Of a DNA stretch of 64,000 nucleotides, positions 58,178 through 64,000 are shown piece after piece. Location of the stretch: NCBI GenBank assembly GCA_017513085.1, contig JAFWDK010000010.1:64001-128000 (forward strand). The letters are read 5' to 3'. The stretch is from Clostridiales bacterium (lineage in GTDB: Bacteria > Bacillota > Clostridia > Saccharofermentanales > Saccharofermentanaceae). A program made the position numbers and the translations under genes. The notes beneath the pieces are model-generated. The model was given only the letters and a program-made list of their open reading frames with translations. It was not told the origin of the DNA and did no database searches. Position 1 is the first letter of the stretch. The number at the start of each line of letters is the position of its first letter.

Positions 58178-58621
58178 ATGAAACGATCTTCATTATATAC
58201 AAAGGTTGTTGCGTTGGCTTTAGTATGCGCGATGGGCGGAGCAGTCGTCGGTTGCGGTAAGAAGGAAGAAACGACCACAACAGCACCAAGTTCAATTGAG
58301 GTTACGTCTGAGACAACTCCGGTCGAGTCTGCTACGACGACGACCGAATCCACGACTTTGATGGAATATGGCGAGTCCCTGGCTCCGAATGATATTCAAG
58401 TGACCTGGCAGGAAGATGCAATGGATCCGAAGGTGATGTATATCGTCGGTGTCGAGAATTACTTGAAAGTGCGTAAAGGTCCGGATACGAAGTATGATCA
58501 GGTCGGATCCCTTACCAAAGGAATGCAGGTTATTGTAGTAGCGAAGACCAATAATAACTGGTACAAACTACAGGACGGCTATTATGTATCTGCCGATTAT
58601 GTTTCGTTGACAGCGTCGTAA
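58178..58621 (+). CDS. Lipoprotein with Thr-rich linker and bacterial SH3 domain
   Basis: Lipobox VVGC; LKVRKGPDTKY...WYKL...YVSADY; GGAGG RBS. Confidence 0.85.
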   Translation: MKRSSLYTKVVALALVCAMGGAVVGCGKKEETTTTAPSSIEVTSETTPVESATTTTESTTLMEYGESLAPNDIQVTWQEDAMDPKVMYIVGVENYLKVRKGPDTKYDQVGSLTKGMQVIVVAKTNNNWYKLQDGYYVSADYVSLTAS

Positions 58622-58721
58622 AATCCGAGTTTTGAGGTTTTTAAAATTTAGTATAGACAATCCAACTTTCGTGTAGTATTATATCTAGGCAAGTTTTTAG
58701 AGCGCTTCACGAAAGTGATAT

Positions 58722-58795
58722 GCGGGTGTAGTTCAATGGTAGAACTCCAGCCTTCCAAGCTGATCACGTGGGTTCGATTCCCATCACCCGCTCCA
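58722..58795 (+). tRNA. tRNA-Gly (TCC)
   Basis: GCGGGTG acceptor stem, anticodon loop CTTCCAA, CCA end. Confidence 0.96.
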
Positions 58796-58832
58796 TGAAT
58801 GACGATCTATACGATCGTCATTCTTACATCGT

Positions 58833-58909
58833 GGGTCCATAGCTCAGCTGGATAGAGCAACAGCCTTCTAAGCTGTGGGCCGGAGGTTCGAATCCCCCTG
58901 GGCTCACCA
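58833..58909 (+). tRNA. tRNA-Arg (TCT)
   Basis: Anticodon arm ACAGC-CTTCTAA-GCTGT; CCA end. Confidence 0.96.
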
Positions 58910-59012
58910 TGACATGAAATAAGATCATCTTGTTCTAAGTAGTGGAGAAGATGATCTTATTTTTTGCCTAAAAACAAATTGTAGCAAATTTTGTGGGAAA
59001 AGCACCCTAACA

Positions 59013-59028
59013 CCACATTATATTGTGG
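59013..59028 (+). promoter_or_regulatory. NrdR-box-like palindrome next to the -10 of the topoisomerase operon
   Basis: CCACATTATATTGTGG versus consensus acaCwAtATaTwGtgt; immediately followed by TATAAT. Confidence 0.45.
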
Positions 59029-59066
59029 TATAATTGATAAGATTATAAGGGAGAGGTTTTGAAAGT

Positions 59067-61049
59067 ATGCCAAGTAAGTCTTATGGAAACGACACAATTA
59101 CCGCACTGAAGGGTGCCGACCGTGTACGTAAACGTCCGGGTGTTATATTCGGTTCGGATGGTCTGGAAGGCTGTGAACACTCGTTTTTTGAAATCCTGAG
59201 TAACTCGATTGATGAAGCCCGTGAAGGCTATGGAGATAAGATCGAAGTTGTCCGTTATAAAGACGGATCCATTTCGGTTGAGGATTTCGGTCGTGGTATC
59301 CCTCTCGATTACAATACCAAGGAGCAGCGTTTTAACTGGGAACTGGTATACTGTGAGCTTTATGCCGGCGGTAAATATAATAACGATACCGGTGAGAGCT
59401 ATGAGTTCAGCCTGGGTTTGAATGGTCTCGGTGCGTGCGCGACACAGTATTCTTCCGAATACTTTGACGTGACGGTATTCCGCGACGGGTTTAAGTATAA
59501 TCTTCATTTTGAAAAGGGAGAGAATGTTGGAGGCCTTCTAAAAGAACCGACACGTTTCAAGCGTACGGGTACGATCCAGAAATGGAAACCGGACAGAGAA
59601 GTTTTTACGGACATCAATATTCCATTGGATTCTTTTCTTCAGATCCTCAAGCGTCAGGCGGTAGTCAACAGTGGCGTTACGTTCCTTCTGAAGGATGAGG
59701 AAAGCGGAGAAGAGTTTACTTTCTGCTATCCGTCCGGTATTGAGGGTTATGTTGCAGAGTTTGACGGTGGCAAGGGCCTTTCTTCTCCGGCATCTTTTGA
59801 TGGTATGGGACGAGGCAAGGATCGCGCGGATAAGCCGGAATATAAAGTAAAGTGCCAGGTTGCTTTCTGCTTTAATAATGAGACGAACATTCTGGAGTAT
59901 TACCATAACAGTAGTTTCCTTGAACATGGCGGTGCTCCGGATAAAGCAGTCAGAAGTGCTTTTACCGCAGAAATTGATAAGCAGATCCGTGCGAGAGACA
60001 AATATAAAGCGAACGAGAGTAAGATCGTGTTCCAGGATGTCGCAGACAGCCTGATCCTGGTAACGAGTTCTTTTTCCACTCAGACCAGCTACGAGAACCA
60101 GACGAAGAAAGCTATCACGAATAAGTTCATCCAGGATTTCATGGCTGACCTGATCCGTCAGAAATTGGAAGTTTGGTTTATTGAAAATAAGCCGGAAGGT
60201 GACAGGGTCGTTGAGCAGATCCTGATCAATAAGAGATCGCGTGAGAATGCGGAGAAGACGCGCCTGAATGTCAAGAAGAAGCTTATGGGAAGCATTGACA
60301 TCAATAACCGTGTCAAAAAGTTTGTAGACTGCCGTACAAAGGATGTGGAGCAAAGAGAACTCTATATCGTAGAGGGCGATTCCGCTCTCGGTTCTTGTAA
60401 AATGGGCCGAGATGCCGAATTCCAGGCGATCATGCCGGTAAGAGGTAAGATCCTGAACTGCCTGAAGGCGGAATACTCTATGATCTTTAAGAGTGAGATC
60501 ATTACGGATCTGGTGAAGGTCCTGGGCTGCGGGGTTGAGATCCAGACCAAGCATAACAAGGATCTGTCATCTTTTGATATGTCGCTTCTGCGCTGGAATA
60601 AAGTTATTATTTGTACCGATGCCGACGTAGACGGATTCCATATCCGCACTTTGATCCTGGCTATGATCTTCCGCCTTATGCCGTCCTTGATCCGTGAGGG
60701 AAAAGTCTTTATTGCAGAATCCCCGCTTTTTGAGATCACCTATCGGAATAAGGGTGAGGAGAAGACTTTGTTTGCTTATAACGAGAAAGAGAAAACAGAG
60801 ATCCTTCAGAAGTATCCGCCGGAAAAGTGTTCGCTTCAGCGTTCGAAAGGACTTGGTGAGAATGAGCCTGAGATGATGTGGGAGACTACTATGAATCCTG
60901 CGACGAGAAGGTTGATCAAAGTCGTTCCGGGTGATGAGAAGCAGACAATGGAAACTTTTGAATTGCTTCTGGGTGATAACCTGGCCGGCCGTAAAGAGCA
61001 TATCGAGCGCGATGGTCACCTCTACCTGGAGATGCTTGATGTTGACTGA
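59067..61049 (+). CDS. parE: Type IIA DNA topoisomerase subunit B (GyrB/ParE family, probably topoisomerase IV)
   Basis: VRKRPG, EILSNSIDE, DFGRGIP, VEGDSA, PVRGKILN, TDADVDG, QRSKGLGE. Confidence 0.85.
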   Translation: MPSKSYGNDTITALKGADRVRKRPGVIFGSDGLEGCEHSFFEILSNSIDEAREGYGDKIEVVRYKDGSISVEDFGRGIPLDYNTKEQRFNWELVYCELYAGGKYNNDTGESYEFSLGLNGLGACATQYSSEYFDVTVFRDGFKYNLHFEKGENVGGLLKEPTRFKRTGTIQKWKPDREVFTDINIPLDSFLQILKRQAVVNSGVTFLLKDEESGEEFTFCYPSGIEGYVAEFDGGKGLSSPASFDGMGRGKDRADKPEYKVKCQVAFCFNNETNILEYYHNSSFLEHGGAPDKAVRSAFTAEIDKQIRARDKYKANESKIVFQDVADSLILVTSSFSTQTSYENQTKKAITNKFIQDFMADLIRQKLEVWFIENKPEGDRVVEQILINKRSRENAEKTRLNVKKKLMGSIDINNRVKKFVDCRTKDVEQRELYIVEGDSALGSCKMGRDAEFQAIMPVRGKILNCLKAEYSMIFKSEIITDLVKVLGCGVEIQTKHNKDLSSFDMSLLRWNKVIICTDADVDGFHIRTLILAMIFRLMPSLIREGKVFIAESPLFEITYRNKGEEKTLFAYNEKEKTEILQKYPPEKCSLQRSKGLGENEPEMMWETTMNPATRRLIKVVPGDEKQTMETFELLLGDNLAGRKEHIERDGHLYLEMLDVD

Positions 61050-61105
61050 CGGAACTGCTTCCGGGAGATCAGAAGAGATAGAAACATTAGAAAAGAGAAC
61101 GAGAC

Positions 61106-63367
61106 ATGGCAAGAAAGAGTTCGAAAAAAGATATAAGTGATATGCCGGAAAGAAATTCCCTGAAGGACAAGTCTTCCGGACTTCCGCCGGCGCCGCCGAC
61201 ATTACAGGATATTAACGATACGCTGGAGACGAACTTTATGCCGTACGCCATGAGTATCATCGTGTCCCGTGCGATTCCGGAAATCGACGGATTCAAGCCG
61301 TCTCACAGAAAACTTCTATATACGATGTATAAGATGGGACTTCTTACCGGTAACCGCACCAAGTCGAGTAATGTTGTCGGTCAGACCATGAAACTCAATC
61401 CGCATGGAGATATGGCTATCTATGAGACGATGGTCCGTCTTGCGAGAGGAAACGGATCTTTGCTTCATCCGTATGTGGATTCCAAGGGTAACTTTGGTAA
61501 GCAGTATTCGCGGGATATGCAGTACGCGGCTCCGAGATATACCGAGGTGCGTCTTGAAAAACTGTGTGAAGAGCTTTTCCGCGGTCTGGATAAAAATGCC
61601 GTGGATTTCGTTGATAACTATGATGGTACGATGAAAGAACCGGTTTTGCTTCCGGCTTCTTACCCGTCGATCCTGGTTAACAATAATCAGGGTATTGCTG
61701 CCGGTATGGCTTCTAATATCTGCTCCTTCAATATTCGGGAAGTGTGTGAGGCAACGATAGCCTATATGAAGGATCCGACCACGGATATCCTTGAGATCAT
61801 GCCGGCGCCGGATTTCCCTGGTGGAGGAACGATCCTGTACGATGAAGCTTCTATGCGTGCGATCTATGAAAGCGGTCGTGGCCCGGTACGTATCCGTTCG
61901 AAGTATTTTGCCGATAAATCCAATAATCTGATCGAAGTAACGCAGATCCCTTATACTACTACAGCGGAGGCGGTGATCGATGAGATCACGGAACTCGTGA
62001 AGAGCGGCAAGGTCAAGGAGATCAATGATGTTCGTGATGAGACGGACCTCGATGGTCTTAAGATCTGTATCGAGTGCAAGCGGGGAACGGATCTGGATGC
62101 ACTGATGACGAAGCTTTTCCGTTTTACCAGACTTGAGGATACTTTCTCCTGCAACTTTAATGTTCTGATCAATGGTTACCCGAGAGTTTTGGGCGTGCAG
62201 CAGCTTTTGGCCGAGTGGATCGTCTGGAGAAGAGCTTGTCAGAAACGTGAACTGGTCTATGAGTTGGATAAGAAGAAGGATAAGCTTCATCTTCTTGATG
62301 GTTTGGCGAAGATACTTCTGGATATAGATAAGGCGATTGCGATCATCCGTAATACCGAATTGGAAGAGGATGTAGTGCCTAACCTCATGCAGGGTTTTGA
62401 TATAGACAGCATCCAGGCGGAGTATGTGGCTGAGATCAAACTTCGTAATATCAACCGGGAATATATCCTGAAGCGTACGGCTGACCGTGAAGACCTGATC
62501 AAGGAGATCAAGGATCTCGAAGATACGATCAAGAGTCCGGCGCGCATCGATGCCAGAATTATCAAAGGCCTGGAGAACGTTGCGAAAAAGTATGGTCAGG
62601 AAAGACGATCCGAATTGCTTAAGGCGGAAGAAGCGGTAACATTCAACGATCAGAATATGATCGAGGACTATCGCCTGAAGCTTTTCCTTTCTGACCATGG
62701 CTACATAAAGAAGATTGCATTGACGTCTCTTCGCAACGCAGGAGATTTGAAGATCAAGGAAGACGATACGATCGTAATGGAACTTGAAGGTACGAATAAA
62801 TCAGAGATCCTGTTCTTCTCGGATAAGGCGAACTGCTATAAGATCCGTGCCCATGAGCTTCCGGATACTAAGCCTTCCGAATATGGCGGATATCTGCCGA
62901 ATGTGCTGCAGATGGAAGAGAATGAAAAGATAGTCTTTATGCATATTACGGATGACTATAAGGGCAATGTGCTTTTTGCTTTTGAAAACGGTAAGATCTC
63001 GAAGATTCCGATGGCGGCATATGAGACGAAGCAGAATCGAAAGAAACTGATCCATGCTTATAGTGATCTTTCTCCGATCGTAAGTATCCATTACATTACG
63101 GAAGATATCACAATGGCTGCTTTTTCCAATCTGCGGAAAGCTATTGTTTTTGACACGTCGCTGATCCCGCTTAAGACGACACGTTCATCTCAAGGTGTTC
63201 AGGTCCTGACATCCAAGAGGGGAAGTGTGTTGACCGAGGTGAAGAGATTGGAGGATACCGGTTTTACGGATCCTGAGTATTATCGCATACGTCGTATTCC
63301 TGCGATCGGCTATTATCTTAAGGAGGATACGATCGAGGATCGTCAGATCACATTAGGAGATTTGTAA
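61106..63367 (+). CDS. parC: Type IIA DNA topoisomerase subunit A (GyrA/ParC family, probably topoisomerase IV)
   Basis: SRAIPEIDGFKPSHR, NPHGD, AAPRYTE (catalytic Tyr), APDFPGGG; no QxRGGxG GyrA-box seen. Confidence 0.85.
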   Translation: MARKSSKKDISDMPERNSLKDKSSGLPPAPPTLQDINDTLETNFMPYAMSIIVSRAIPEIDGFKPSHRKLLYTMYKMGLLTGNRTKSSNVVGQTMKLNPHGDMAIYETMVRLARGNGSLLHPYVDSKGNFGKQYSRDMQYAAPRYTEVRLEKLCEELFRGLDKNAVDFVDNYDGTMKEPVLLPASYPSILVNNNQGIAAGMASNICSFNIREVCEATIAYMKDPTTDILEIMPAPDFPGGGTILYDEASMRAIYESGRGPVRIRSKYFADKSNNLIEVTQIPYTTTAEAVIDEITELVKSGKVKEINDVRDETDLDGLKICIECKRGTDLDALMTKLFRFTRLEDTFSCNFNVLINGYPRVLGVQQLLAEWIVWRRACQKRELVYELDKKKDKLHLLDGLAKILLDIDKAIAIIRNTELEEDVVPNLMQGFDIDSIQAEYVAEIKLRNINREYILKRTADREDLIKEIKDLEDTIKSPARIDARIIKGLENVAKKYGQERRSELLKAEEAVTFNDQNMIEDYRLKLFLSDHGYIKKIALTSLRNAGDLKIKEDDTIVMELEGTNKSEILFFSDKANCYKIRAHELPDTKPSEYGGYLPNVLQMEENEKIVFMHITDDYKGNVLFAFENGKISKIPMAAYETKQNRKKLIHAYSDLSPIVSIHYITEDITMAAFSNLRKAIVFDTSLIPLKTTRSSQGVQVLTSKRGSVLTEVKRLEDTGFTDPEYYRIRRIPAIGYYLKEDTIEDRQITLGDL

Positions 63368-63370
63368 TAC

Positions 63371-64000
63371 ATGATGGAGTTTGGAGGCAATACGGTTCGC
63401 ATGGAGAGACCACGTCCGATCGGTACGTGGGTCTTGATCTTCATTGGATTGATCTGTATTACCTCGCTCCTTGGCATTATGATATTTGTATCCAACAGTA
63501 ATGAGAGGATCGCCAGAATAATGCCGAAATTCGAGTCGGCGCTGGAAAAGCGTGACTATGCGCTGGCTCTTTCGATGTATCGGGATATCAATGACGTTAT
63601 CATTAACCGTGATCCGGGAGATACGACAGATGCTTCTGACGAGTATGAGATCCTGAATCAGATGGAAATGCAGGTTAATGAACGTGTAAGCAGCATCGAG
63701 AACAAGATACGCTATGAGAGATATACTCCTTCTAAGGATGATATTGCATTTTTGGAGGGATTAGGTGAGCTGACGGGAGCAAGAATGACCATATGGCTTA
63801 CTGATCTTTGCGAAGAGTTTTTGCTGGGTACGATTGAAAAACCGACGTTGACGTTTATCTTCCAGAAACTGGAGAACCTGAGTAATCTTTCTGCGGCGGC
63901 GCGTCCTCTTCGAATCGAAGTAGATCAGATCGAGTTGTTCCGGGGAGATGTGCAGACGGCGGAGAGAATGTTTACCGATGGGGAATATATCGAATGCGTC
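63371..64000 (+). CDS. N-terminally membrane-anchored protein of unknown function (runs off the right edge)
   Basis: Open frame from ATG 63371 to the window end: MMEFGGNTVRMERPRPIGTWVLIFIGLICITSLLGIMIFVS..., one TM helix then a helical region. Confidence 0.75.
   Translation, partial: MMEFGGNTVRMERPRPIGTWVLIFIGLICITSLLGIMIFVSNSNERIARIMPKFESALEKRDYALALSMYRDINDVIINRDPGDTTDASDEYEILNQMEMQVNERVSSIENKIRYERYTPSKDDIAFLEGLGELTGARMTIWLTDLCEEFLLGTIEKPTLTFIFQKLENLSNLSAAARPLRIEVDQIELFRGDVQTAERMFTDGEYIECV

Noticed and set aside
58796-58822. Perfect hairpin between tRNA-Gly and tRNA-Arg
   Set aside because: No U-tract; most simply a tRNA spacer or processing structure.
50196-62698. Long antisense ORFs (50196-51518, 51615-52601, 59538-60554, 61316-62698)
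   Set aside because: Lie fully opposite uvrA, clp, parE and parC, have no motifs, and are explained by codon bias.

Overview
Bacterial chromosomal window, most likely from an anaerobic Bacillota/Clostridia member (inferred from gene families, sigma-A-like promoters, a Firmicute-type LexA box and a ClpE/C-like ATPase). Left edge: a MerR-regulated pair of ABC exporter half-transporters, an acyl-ACP thioesterase and ylmH. From about 5.55 to 40.3 kb lies a long accessory array of 44 genes, 41 of them on the + strand. Most are small, unrelated single-domain enzymes (8 GNAT domains, 3 NUDIX, 3 SAM methyltransferases, 3 P-loop kinases, 2 HD, 2 APH-like, AAC(3)-like, Fic, TIR). The array also has in-frame fusions of neighbouring genes, several gene remnants, mosaic base composition and a 14-bp intergenic direct repeat (ACAAATTCAAGTTT), but no integrase or transposase is visible in the window; it looks like an integron-like gene-accretion locus. 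The right part is core genome: LMW-PTP, MATE, citrate synthase, three tandem Pro/Thr-rich surface proteins sharing an unrecognised C-terminal membrane/cytoplasmic motif and a 13-7-13 palindrome centred on each -35 box, tRNA-Glu, uvrA, a Clp ATPase, argJ, five more tRNAs and a ParE/ParC-like type II topoisomerase pair. All calls come from reading motifs by eye; no database search was run.
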